Below, one piece after another: positions 7,566-16,620 of a DNA stretch of 64,000 bases. The first letter of the stretch is position 1, and every line of letters begins with the position of its first letter. The notes beneath the pieces are model-generated. The model searched no databases and was not told the DNA's origin. It saw only the letters and a list, made by a program, of their open reading frames with translations. This stretch comes from an uncultured Chloroflexia bacterium (lineage in GTDB: Bacteria; Chloroflexota; Limnocylindria; Limnocylindrales; CSP1-4), in contig CAWHDR010000001.1 in assembly GCA_963828165.1 (NCBI GenBank), positions 1,408,001-1,472,000 of the forward strand. Direction: 5' to 3'. A program made the position numbers and the translations under genes.

Positions 7566-10500
7566 ATGTCTCGGGGACTTTGGTTTTCGATGAACGCGCG
7601 GACACGCAGGAGTCTGACCCTGGTGTGGACCGCGCTGTTCCTGTTCTCGTTGGCGCTTCAGTCCGTCACGCTGGCCACGCCGACGTCGGTCCTGGCCGTG
7701 CACGACGAAGGCGTCTTCGAGCTCGACGGCAATGCGCTCAACAGCGCCAGCGCCGGCGACGATTGGGCCGCCGTGTTCGGCGACACCGACTCGGCCTTCG
7801 CCTCGGTCTTCACGACCGACGCCGTCGGCGCCGGTGACAACATGCTCACGGGTGGTGGCTCCAAGGACGTCACCGACATCCCGCAGTGGGAGCTCGCCAG
7901 CGGCACTGTCCAGGACAAGAACGACATCGCGCATGCGTTCGCTGCCGCGTACATCGCGGGGGCCGACAACGATCTCCTCGTGTACTTCGGACTCGATCGC
8001 TACGCGCAGAACGGCGCGGCGCAGGCCGGGTTCTGGTTCCTCCGCAACCCGATCACCCCGAGCGGCAGCAGCCTGGGCACGTCCCACTCGGTCGGCGACG
8101 TCCTCGTCCAGATCGACTTCGAGAACGGCGGCACCGACCCGAAGGCCCGCGTCTACGAGTGGACCACTTCGGGCCTCGCGCTCGTGTCGAGCGGCGCCTC
8201 CTGTACGGCGGCCGGCGCGGATGACGACCGCTGTGCGATCTCGAACACCGCGAACAGCAACACCGCCTGGACGTTCAACCCGAAGTCGGGCGCGAACAAC
8301 GTGTACCAGCCCGGCCACTTCCTCGAGGGCGGCATCAACATGTCCGACCTCGGCCTGGATGACAGCTGCTTCTCGACGTTCCTTGCCGAGACGCGCAGCT
8401 CGCCCTCGGAGGACTCGACGCTCTCCGACATCACCTACGGGTCCTTTCCCCTGTGCGTCGCTCCGGACATCGCGACCCAGGTCCGGAACGATCAGGGCAA
8501 CAACACCAACGCCATCAACAAGGGCGAATCGGTGACCGACCACGCCGTCGTCAGTGGCAGCAAGGGCGTCGCAACGGGCACCATCGACTTCTTCGTCTGC
8601 GGACCGACGTCCTCGGCCGAGGCATGCACGAGCGGCGGAACGCAGCGTGGCAACGACATCCCGCTCGTCGCCGGCGAGGCGGACTCCCTGGGCTTCACGC
8701 CCACGGCACTCGGCTGGTACTGCTTCCGTGCGGAATACACGCCCAGCGCGAATTCCAAGTACCTCGCAGGGTCGCACACGAACGCGACCACCGAGTGCTT
8801 CCGGGTCAAGCCCGCTGACGTCCAGATCGTCAAGACGCCGAACAACGGAACCGAGTCGGCCGGCAGCCCCATCAGCTTCACGCTGAGCTGGGCGAACGAG
8901 GGTGAAGGCAGCGCCACGGGCGTGGTCGTGAGCGACACCCTGCCAAGCGGCAACGGCCTCGACTGGAGCATCAGCGCCAGCACCGGCACCGGTTCCACAT
9001 GCGTGCTCAGTGCGGCTGACGTCCTGACCTGCAACGTCGGCACGATCGCCGGCAACCCCAACTTCCCGAATGCCGCCCCGGTCAACGGAACCGTCACGCT
9101 CACGAGCGCGACGACCAGTGCCGCCTGCGGCGAGATCAACAACACCGGCCAGATCACGTCGAACAACGACGGCACCGACAACGACCCGGGACAGGTGACC
9201 GTCCTGTGCCCGGATGTCAAGGTCGAGAAGACGCCGGATGGCGGCACGGTCCAGGCCGGCGCGACGGCGACCTTCACGATCGTCGTCACGAACCTCGGCC
9301 CGGGCACCGCCACGAACGTGACCCTGACCGACGACCTGCCGGTGGGCTACGTCTGGACCCTCGGTGGCGCTGATGCGGCCAGCTGCTCCATCAACACCGT
9401 CCCGAGCCCCGACGTCCTGTCCTGCAACTTCGGCAGCATCGGAGACGACGGAACCCGAACGATCACCCTCAGCGCGCCGACCACCGGCGCGAACTGCGCG
9501 GTCATCGACAACACGGCCATCGTCGACGCCGCCAATGAGCCGGAGCGTGCCAACGGCAACAACTCCGACCCGGGCAGCATCGACGTCCTGTGCGCGGTGA
9601 TCCAGCTCGAGAAGACCGCCAAGCCGGCCGGACCGGTCAGCGCGGGCGACGAGATCGGCTTCGACATCGTCGTCAGCAACACCGGCGATGGCACGGCCAC
9701 CAATGTGGTTGTCACCGACGACCTCCCCGCCGGTGTGAACTGGTCGATCGACCCGGCCGTCACCGGCTGCTCGATCGACGGTGACGTCGGCGACCAGACC
9801 CTGACCTGCAGCAGGGCCAGCCTCGCGGCCGGCGCGAGCTTCACCGTCCACATCGAAGGTGTCACCGACGCCCTCGACTGCGGGACGATCAGCAACACCG
9901 CCTTCGTCACCACGGGGAACGACGGAAACGACTCGGATGACGCGTCCGTCGTGGTCCTCTGCCCCGACATCGAAGTCGAGAAGACCGGCAACGGGACGAT
10001 CGACGCCGGTGGGAACGCGGTCTTCACCATCAAGGTGACCAACCACGGTCCAGGTGAGGCCAAGGGCGTGACGCTCGCGGACCAGCTGCCTGCGGGGACC
10101 TGGATCCTCGGCGGCGCAAATGGCGACGACTGCGCCATCAGTGCTTCCAACCTGCTCAGCTGCGATTTCGGCAGCATCGGTGACGACGGAACGCGGACCA
10201 TCACGGTCACGCTCACGACGACAGCCGACGATTGCGGCTCGATCCTCAATACGGTCACCGTATCGGCGACCAACGAGCCGGCCAACGATCAGTTTCCGAA
10301 CACGGACAACGACACGATCGTCGTCCAGTGCCCGGATCTGACCGTTGCGAAGACCGGCAACGGGCCGATCTCCGCGGGTGAGACCGCCACGTTCACCATC
10401 ACCGTCACCAACCTTGGCCCGGGTGCGGCCGCGGATGCGACGCTGTCCGATCAGCTCCCGGCTGGTGCCTGGACCCTTGGTGGCGCCGATGCCGCCGACT

Positions 10501-13157
10501 GCGCCATCGACGCTTCCAACCTGCTCACCTGCGACTTCGGCACGATCGATGCGCCGGGTCAGGGAGCGGACAACATCCGCGTGATCACGGTCAGCAAGAC
10601 GTCGGACGCCGGCGACTGCGACTCGATCCCCAATGCCGTGACGGTCGGGGCCTCCAACGAGGCCGGCGAAGACACGGACGACAACGACGACAACGCGACG
10701 ATCGTCGTGAACTGCCCCGACATCCAGGTCGTGAAGGACGGCAACGGCCCGATCTCCGCTGGTGAGGGGGCGATCTTCACGATCACCGTCACCAACCTCG
10801 GCCCGGGCACGGCGTTCGACGTCGAGCTCACGGACGAGCTCCCGGCCGGCACCATCTGGACACTGGGTGGCGCTAATGCCGTCTCGTGCTCGATCGACGA
10901 CACGGTCAACCCCGATCTCCTGTCATGCGACTTCGGGACGCTCGTGGACGACGCCTCCCGGACGATCACCCTGACCGGTGAGACCGACGCGGGGGACTGC
11001 GGCTCCATCCCGAACCTCGCAGCGGCGACGGCCTCCAACGAGTCCGACGACGACCTCGAGAACAACGATGACGACGCGACGATCGTCGTCAACTGCCCGC
11101 TCATCGTCATCACCAAGTCGGCCGACGCTCCCGTCGTCAGCGCCGGGGACCAGATCGGCTTCACGGTCACGGTCACCAATACCGGCGCAGGTACCGCGTT
11201 CGGCGTCACCGTCACCGACACCCTGCCCGGCGACATGAGCTGGGCGATCAGCCCGGCCAGCACGGGCTGGACCATCACGGCTGGTGTGCTGAGCTTCGGC
11301 CCGGCGCCGCTGGCCGGTGGGACCTCCACGTCCGTCCACATCATCGCCACGACGGATGCGACCGATTGCGGCCTCGTCCCGAACACGGCCTTCCTGCAGT
11401 ACAGCGGCGGCTCCGGCTCCGATGACTCGGAGATCACCGTGGAATGCCCGGACATCACCATCGGCAAGACGGCTGCCAACAGCCCGATCGTCGCTGGTGC
11501 CGTGGCCAGCTACACCATCACCGTGGTCAACAAGCTCGGCGACGGCATCGGCATCGCGCGCGACGTCACCGTGGACGACGACCTGCCGGCCGGCGTCACG
11601 TGGTCGGAGGACAGCGAGGATTGCACGATCGTCGCTGGTCACCTCCACTGCGACTTCGGCGACCTGGATCCCGGTGACAGTGCGTCCGTGACCGTCAGCG
11701 GCACGACGAGCACCGCCAACTGCGGCAACCTGCCGAACCTCGCCTCGACCGAAGCCTCCAACGAGGCCGAGGAAGACACGGACGACAACAGCGACGACGC
11801 CACGATCATCGTGCGTTGCCCTGAGATCGAAATCGACAAGACGGCCAACGACGACCTCGTCGAGCCGAACCAGACCGTGACGTTCACCATCAAGGTGTTC
11901 GTCGCCGACGGCCCGGTCACGGCAGCGGTCGTGACGGACGTGCTGCCCGTCGGGCAGACCTACGTTGCCAACAGCCAGACGTCGGCCCCCGGTTCGACCT
12001 TCGCGATCTCCGCGAACGGCCGGACCCTGACCTGGACCTTCGCCAGCTTGTCTGACGGCGTCCAGGGTGCCGCCGCCGCGACCATCACCTACCGAGTGAA
12101 GATCGATGCCAACGCGGCGACGACCAGGCAGGTCAACGAAGCTGAAGTGTGTGTCTCGGAGCTCGAGGGCTGCGTCTCGGACGACGAGGACGTGACGCCG
12201 CAGCGGCCTCTCATCAGGCTGATCAAGACTGCGGGCACCGCAGCCAACGGCGCCGTCTTCGCGACGACCGCCGGCCCGGTCAAGTACACCTACGTCGTCA
12301 CGAACACCGGACCGCTCCCGCTGGTCAACGTCACGGTCAAGGATGACGCCGGCACGCCCGCGGTCTCGGGCGACGACTTCTTCGCCACCTGCCCCAAGAC
12401 GACCCTCGCGGTCGCCGAGTCGATGACCTGTACGTTCACCCGCGCAGTCGCGATCGACACGATCAACATCGCGGTCGCCCGTGGCGTCACGGCCGGGGGC
12501 AACCCCGTCCAGGACGACGATGACGCGGCCGTCGTGATCCTCGAATTTGGCCTCCTCATCGACAAGACCAACAACGCGCCGCTCGAATCCATCGAGCTGC
12601 CGGACGGGACCATCGTCGATCTGCCCACGGCAGACGCGGGCGAGACCGTGACCTTCACGCTGAAGTACGACCTCACCGGCGATCCCGTCACGAACGGCGT
12701 CATCACGGACGTCTTGCCGATCGGCATCACGTATGTCGCGGGCTCCGCCACCAACGATGCCCAGTTCACCTTCCATAGCTACTCGAGCGGGACGCGTACG
12801 CTCCGCTGGACGGCCGCGAACGTGACCCGGGACGGCTCGGTCACCTATCGAGCCAAGATCGACGCGGGCGCCGCGGAGCTCCCGCAGCCGCTCATCAACG
12901 TCGCCACGATCGACTCGGCGCAGACCGGGCCCGATGACGACGACTCGGAGGTCTTCGTGCCCACGGTCGTGGCCGGCGCAACCGCCACCCCACGGATCAC
13001 GTTGCCGCCGACCGATAGCCTTGCCGACACAACGCCGGCACCGAGCAACGGGGGCTTCACCCTGATGCTCATCCTGCTGGCCCTCGCAGCGGTCGTCCTC
13101 GTGGTCGGGTTCGTCACTCCGGTGCCGGTCTCGGTCCGTGAACGGGAGCGCCGCTGA
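7566..13157 (+). CDS. Large surface adhesin with ~11 DUF11/Ig-like repeats and LPPTD-TM-basic tail
   Basis: Repeated CPD.(V/I).K..G....AG....FTI.VTN.GPG.A..V.L.D.LP.G modules; N-terminal FELDGN/KNDI..A/TFLAETRSS domain; TLPPTDSL tail. Confidence 0.9.
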   Translation: MSRGLWFSMNARTRRSLTLVWTALFLFSLALQSVTLATPTSVLAVHDEGVFELDGNALNSASAGDDWAAVFGDTDSAFASVFTTDAVGAGDNMLTGGGSKDVTDIPQWELASGTVQDKNDIAHAFAAAYIAGADNDLLVYFGLDRYAQNGAAQAGFWFLRNPITPSGSSLGTSHSVGDVLVQIDFENGGTDPKARVYEWTTSGLALVSSGASCTAAGADDDRCAISNTANSNTAWTFNPKSGANNVYQPGHFLEGGINMSDLGLDDSCFSTFLAETRSSPSEDSTLSDITYGSFPLCVAPDIATQVRNDQGNNTNAINKGESVTDHAVVSGSKGVATGTIDFFVCGPTSSAEACTSGGTQRGNDIPLVAGEADSLGFTPTALGWYCFRAEYTPSANSKYLAGSHTNATTECFRVKPADVQIVKTPNNGTESAGSPISFTLSWANEGEGSATGVVVSDTLPSGNGLDWSISASTGTGSTCVLSAADVLTCNVGTIAGNPNFPNAAPVNGTVTLTSATTSAACGEINNTGQITSNNDGTDNDPGQVTVLCPDVKVEKTPDGGTVQAGATATFTIVVTNLGPGTATNVTLTDDLPVGYVWTLGGADAASCSINTVPSPDVLSCNFGSIGDDGTRTITLSAPTTGANCAVIDNTAIVDAANEPERANGNNSDPGSIDVLCAVIQLEKTAKPAGPVSAGDEIGFDIVVSNTGDGTATNVVVTDDLPAGVNWSIDPAVTGCSIDGDVGDQTLTCSRASLAAGASFTVHIEGVTDALDCGTISNTAFVTTGNDGNDSDDASVVVLCPDIEVEKTGNGTIDAGGNAVFTIKVTNHGPGEAKGVTLADQLPAGTWILGGANGDDCAISASNLLSCDFGSIGDDGTRTITVTLTTTADDCGSILNTVTVSATNEPANDQFPNTDNDTIVVQCPDLTVAKTGNGPISAGETATFTITVTNLGPGAAADATLSDQLPAGAWTLGGADAADCAIDASNLLTCDFGTIDAPGQGADNIRVITVSKTSDAGDCDSIPNAVTVGASNEAGEDTDDNDDNATIVVNCPDIQVVKDGNGPISAGEGAIFTITVTNLGPGTAFDVELTDELPAGTIWTLGGANAVSCSIDDTVNPDLLSCDFGTLVDDASRTITLTGETDAGDCGSIPNLAAATASNESDDDLENNDDDATIVVNCPLIVITKSADAPVVSAGDQIGFTVTVTNTGAGTAFGVTVTDTLPGDMSWAISPASTGWTITAGVLSFGPAPLAGGTSTSVHIIATTDATDCGLVPNTAFLQYSGGSGSDDSEITVECPDITIGKTAANSPIVAGAVASYTITVVNKLGDGIGIARDVTVDDDLPAGVTWSEDSEDCTIVAGHLHCDFGDLDPGDSASVTVSGTTSTANCGNLPNLASTEASNEAEEDTDDNSDDATIIVRCPEIEIDKTANDDLVEPNQTVTFTIKVFVADGPVTAAVVTDVLPVGQTYVANSQTSAPGSTFAISANGRTLTWTFASLSDGVQGAAAATITYRVKIDANAATTRQVNEAEVCVSELEGCVSDDEDVTPQRPLIRLIKTAGTAANGAVFATTAGPVKYTYVVTNTGPLPLVNVTVKDDAGTPAVSGDDFFATCPKTTLAVAESMTCTFTRAVAIDTINIAVARGVTAGGNPVQDDDDAAVVILEFGLLIDKTNNAPLESIELPDGTIVDLPTADAGETVTFTLKYDLTGDPVTNGVITDVLPIGITYVAGSATNDAQFTFHSYSSGTRTLRWTAANVTRDGSVTYRAKIDAGAAELPQPLINVATIDSAQTGPDDDDSEVFVPTVVAGATATPRITLPPTDSLADTTPAPSNGGFTLMLILLALAAVVLVVGFVTPVPVSVRERERR

Positions 13158-13184
13158 TCCCTCCCTTTGGGGTCCCCGAGACCC

Positions 13185-13221
13185 GGGCGGAGCGCTCCGC
13201 CGTCCGTGGAGCGCTCCGCCC
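13185..13221. terminator. Bidirectional hairpin between convergent genes
   Basis: gggcggagcgctcc-N9-ggagcgctccgccc perfect inverted repeat. Confidence 0.7.
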
Positions 13222-13289
13222 CGTCTACGCCGACCGGGGCGTGCCAGCGATGGTGCGTCCCGGTCGTCCACGTCCGGCGCAGGGCGCGA

Positions 13290-14069
13290 CTAGGCTCCGA
13301 TCGTGAACCGATCGCCCGGGTTGACGAGGGTGACCGGGCCCTTGTAGGTCGCCCGTACCGACTCGATGGTGGCGGCCTCGTCGAAGCCCATCTGGAGGTG
13401 GGTCAACAGCACCGCGCCGACGCCCGTGCGGTTCGCCAGGGCGGCAACGGCAGGGCCATCCAGGTGGATCGCGCCCGCCGGGACGGGCCCCGGCCCGAAC
13501 GACACCTCCGACAGCAGCGTGTCACCGGCCCGAACCAGGGCATCGACGTCTTCCGCTCGCCCGCAGTCGCCGGTGTAGACGAGCCCCGGACCGCTGCCGT
13601 CGCCAATGGAGACCCGATAGGCGTGACTATCGTCGGTGTGCGTGACGCGTCGCGCCTCGACCGTCAGCGTGCCCACGGCCCAGCTGCCCGTCTCGACATC
13701 CTCGACATCGAGCGACCTGGCCGTGAAGCCGGGATCCTCGTGCAGCGCGTCGATGCGCCGCGCGAGGCCCGCCGGAGCCTGGACCCGGACACGCCGTGCG
13801 GGCTTGAACTGCCAGTACAGGTAGTGGCGCAGGGCCACCAGGTCGATGAAATGGTCCGGATGCAGGTGGCTGACGACGACCGCGTCGAGCGAGCTTGGCT
13901 CGAGGGCATCGGCGAGTCGCGGAAACGACCCCTGCCCAAGGTCGAGCAACAGCGAGGTGGGACCGTGTCGCAGGAGGTATGCCGCCCCGCTCGCGCCGGC
14001 TCGATCGGTATAGGCGGGCCCGGCACCGAGCACGTCGAGCTGCAGCGATCCGGTCGTCCGTGACATCAC
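13290..14069 (-). CDS. MBL-fold hydrolase, RNase Z/BN-like
   Basis: LLDLGQG, SHLHPDHFIDL, YTGDCG, LLTHL motifs. Confidence 0.9.
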   Translation of the reverse strand: MMSRTTGSLQLDVLGAGPAYTDRAGASGAAYLLRHGPTSLLLDLGQGSFPRLADALEPSSLDAVVVSHLHPDHFIDLVALRHYLYWQFKPARRVRVQAPAGLARRIDALHEDPGFTARSLDVEDVETGSWAVGTLTVEARRVTHTDDSHAYRVSIGDGSGPGLVYTGDCGRAEDVDALVRAGDTLLSEVSFGPGPVPAGAIHLDGPAVAALANRTGVGAVLLTHLQMGFDEAATIESVRATYKGPVTLVNPGDRFTIGA

Positions 14070-14102
14070 TCGCGCAGGGTAGCCGAGCCGCCGGTCGGTC
14101 AG

Positions 14103-15131
14103 TCAGTCGCCCCCGTTCGGCGGACCGCCGCCCGGCGGATCGTCGGGACGCCCACCACGATCGTGTGTCGGCCTGGGCGTGCGGTCCGGTGTCTGCCGTG
14201 GCTTTGGTTTCGCCTCTGCATCCGGCGGGTCCGTCGGCGTGTCGGTCGCCGCCGGCTCCGGGGTCGGCTTCTTCGTCGGCTTGGGCTTGGGTGGCGCCGT
14301 GCTGTCGGGTTCGGGCGTGGGCTCGGCCGTCGGCGGCTCGGTGGCATGCGGCGGGTTCGGGGGCGAACCGTTGCCGCCACCATCGTCGTTTCCGCCGCCT
14401 GGCCGGCTCGCGCCGATCCGCTCGACCGTGTCGGTACTCCGGGCGATGGCCGCCTCGACCGCGCGGGTGATCGATGCGCTGGCGTTCGTCCGCACCGGGC
14501 CCGCGAGCGCACGCAGCACCTCGATGTTCCGCCCGACCCCCGTCTCGAGGACCGCTGCCGCCACGTCGTCACCCGCCAGGATGGCCGACGCCGAAGCCTG
14601 CTCCAGGATCGACTCATAGGCCGCGAGCGCCGTCATCGCGCCCCGGGCATCGCCGGCCCGGTCGGCCTCGCCGGCCTCGCGCAGTCGATCGCGGAGGCGG
14701 CCGAGCTCGGCGACGGCGCGAGCCAAAGGGTCGCCTGGCAGGGTCAGCGTCTCCGCCCACAGCCGTGTCTCGTACAGCGGCCCGCCCGGTCGCGCCGCGG
14801 ACACGCCGCCAACGGCGATGGCGGTCGCCAACGAGGCCGCGAGGATCGCGGCGGCTGCACGGGACCAACGCCTGGAGCGAGGGCGCGAGGGGGTGTGGTG
14901 TCGGTCGCGTGCCTCGCCGGAAGGTTGGGCGCTTTCGTCGTCGGCTCGCGGGAGGATGGTCAGTGCGGCATCCGCGCTGGCAAGTGCGGCCTGCCGATGG
15001 GCGACGGCGAGCACCCGGGCCCGGAGCCGGCTCGAGGTGGCGAGATCGGGGGACAGCCGGAACTCGGCGTACGCCCCGAGGCGTCGCCCGAGCAGGCCAT
15101 TCGCGTCCATCAGCTCGATCATGTCGTCCAT
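14103..15131 (-). CDS. Putative membrane-anchored anti-sigma factor (DUF5667-like) with Pro-rich tail
   Basis: Directly downstream of ECF sigma; short N-terminal helix domain, TM segment, ARPGGPLY..RLWAETLTL motif. Confidence 0.65.
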   Translation of the reverse strand: MDDMIELMDANGLLGRRLGAYAEFRLSPDLATSSRLRARVLAVAHRQAALASADAALTILPRADDESAQPSGEARDRHHTPSRPRSRRWSRAAAAILAASLATAIAVGGVSAARPGGPLYETRLWAETLTLPGDPLARAVAELGRLRDRLREAGEADRAGDARGAMTALAAYESILEQASASAILAGDDVAAAVLETGVGRNIEVLRALAGPVRTNASASITRAVEAAIARSTDTVERIGASRPGGGNDDGGGNGSPPNPPHATEPPTAEPTPEPDSTAPPKPKPTKKPTPEPAATDTPTDPPDAEAKPKPRQTPDRTPRPTHDRGGRPDDPPGGGPPNGGD

Positions 15132-15132
15132 C

Positions 15133-15729
15133 TCAGCGGGCCTCTCGGCGCTCGGTGGCGTCGTCGCTGCTCACCGTCTCCGGCGTGTCGATCCCGAGCT
15201 GCCGCCGCAACGCGGCGATCGCCCGGAATTGCAGCCCGCGGATCGTTCCTTCCTGCTTGCCCATCACCACGGCTGCCTCGCGGGCCGAGAGGCCGGCGAA
15301 GAAGCGCAAGGCGATCGCATCTCGTTGCTCATCGGTCAGCGAGGACAACGCGACGGCCACCTCGTCCAGCTCCTGACGAGCAACCGTTACCTCGTCCGGG
15401 CCGGCGTCGTTCCCGGCATGGCCGGCCGCCGCGTCGAGGTCGGCGTGGTCATGGCGGGTCCGCACGTGATCGATGACCGTGTTCCTGGCCAGCCGGAAGA
15501 GCCAGCCCCCGAATGGGATGCCCCGCGACTCGTAGCGTGGCAGGGCCTCCAGGGCCTTGACGAAGACGAGCTGCGTCAGGTCCTCCGCGTCCGACGGGCG
15601 TTGGACGCGGCTGGCGATGTAGCGATGGACCGGGAGGTGGTAGTGATCGAACAGAAGTCCGAACGCCCACGCGTCCCCCGCCCGGGCCTCTCCCACCAAC
15701 CGCTCGATCGCGGTCTCGTCGAGCGTCAT
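15133..15729 (-). CDS. ECF RNA polymerase sigma factor
   Basis: GDAWAFGLLF, DAEDLTQLVF, WLFRLARNTVID, LTDEQRDAIALRFFAGLS..EAA..MGK.EGTIR.LQFRA. Confidence 0.95.
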   Translation of the reverse strand: MTLDETAIERLVGEARAGDAWAFGLLFDHYHLPVHRYIASRVQRPSDAEDLTQLVFVKALEALPRYESRGIPFGGWLFRLARNTVIDHVRTRHDHADLDAAAGHAGNDAGPDEVTVARQELDEVAVALSSLTDEQRDAIALRFFAGLSAREAAVVMGKQEGTIRGLQFRAIAALRRQLGIDTPETVSSDDATERREAR

Positions 15730-16598
15730 AACGAACGGCCGGCGGCGACGTTAGGTGCGGCCGTCACCCCGACCTCGACGCGCTCGCCGCCGCGACGGAA
15801 GGCAAGCGTCGTGAATCCGGCCTCGGCCGCGGACTCGTAGCCGTCCGCGAGGGCCCACGCGAACGAGTCGACGGTGTGGGCGTCCGAGCCGATCGTGACG
15901 GCGCGCCCGCCGAGCGCGTGGAAGCGCGCCACGACCGGCGGTGACGGGAACGCCTCCTCGGCCGGCGAGCGCAACCCGCTCGTATTGATCTCCAGCGCCG
16001 TGCCGCTCTCCACCAGCGCGGTCAGGATCGGCTCGTACAGCTCAGGGGCCGCGGCCAGGTCCGCGGTGGTCACATGCGGCGTCAGGAACCGCTTGACGAA
16101 GTCGATATGGCCCATCGCATCGAACAGGCCGGAACGCGCGCCAGCCGCGACCTCGTCGAAATAGGGCGCGACGATCTCGGCGAGCGACCGGCCGTCGACC
16201 CAGCTCGCGACGTGATCGGCGGCATATGGGGAGTCGCGATAGATGTGGACCGAGCCGATGACGAAGTCGTAGTCGTAGCGAGCGAGGTGATCGCGGATCT
16301 CGGTCGCGTAGCGCGAGTCCCAGGTGATCTCGACGCCGAAGCGGATGGCCACGCCCAGCTCGGCCCAGCGCTCAGCCCCCGAGCGCACGATGCGCTCGCG
16401 CTGTTCGAAGGTGGTCTCGCCGAAGCCCGGCGCATTGGGCGCGAAGTCGACGTGATCGGTGATCGCCAGCTCGGCGATGCCCCGCTCGACCGCCAGTCGG
16501 GCGTAGTCGTCGAGGGGTACGGCGCTGTCGTGCGACAGGTCCGTATGGACGTGTGCATCCAGCGGCAGGTCGCGCGCCCGGCGATCGGTCGTGGTCAC
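15726..16598 (-). CDS. PHP-domain histidinol-phosphatase family protein (HisJ/HisK-like)
   Basis: DAHVHT, AITDH, DFVIGSVH, GHID, LEINTSG, IGSDAH. Confidence 0.9.
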   Translation of the reverse strand: MTTTDRRARDLPLDAHVHTDLSHDSAVPLDDYARLAVERGIAELAITDHVDFAPNAPGFGETTFEQRERIVRSGAERWAELGVAIRFGVEITWDSRYATEIRDHLARYDYDFVIGSVHIYRDSPYAADHVASWVDGRSLAEIVAPYFDEVAAGARSGLFDAMGHIDFVKRFLTPHVTTADLAAAPELYEPILTALVESGTALEINTSGLRSPAEEAFPSPPVVARFHALGGRAVTIGSDAHTVDSFAWALADGYESAAEAGFTTLAFRRGGERVEVGVTAAPNVAAGRSL

Positions 16599-16620
16599 CT
16601 GGCGCCCCCCGGCCGCGGGC

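Noticed and set aside
7515-13271. Long antisense ORFs (843 aa, 782 aa) and similar shadow ORFs across the window
   Set aside because: Typical antisense open frames of high-GC genes; no protein motifs
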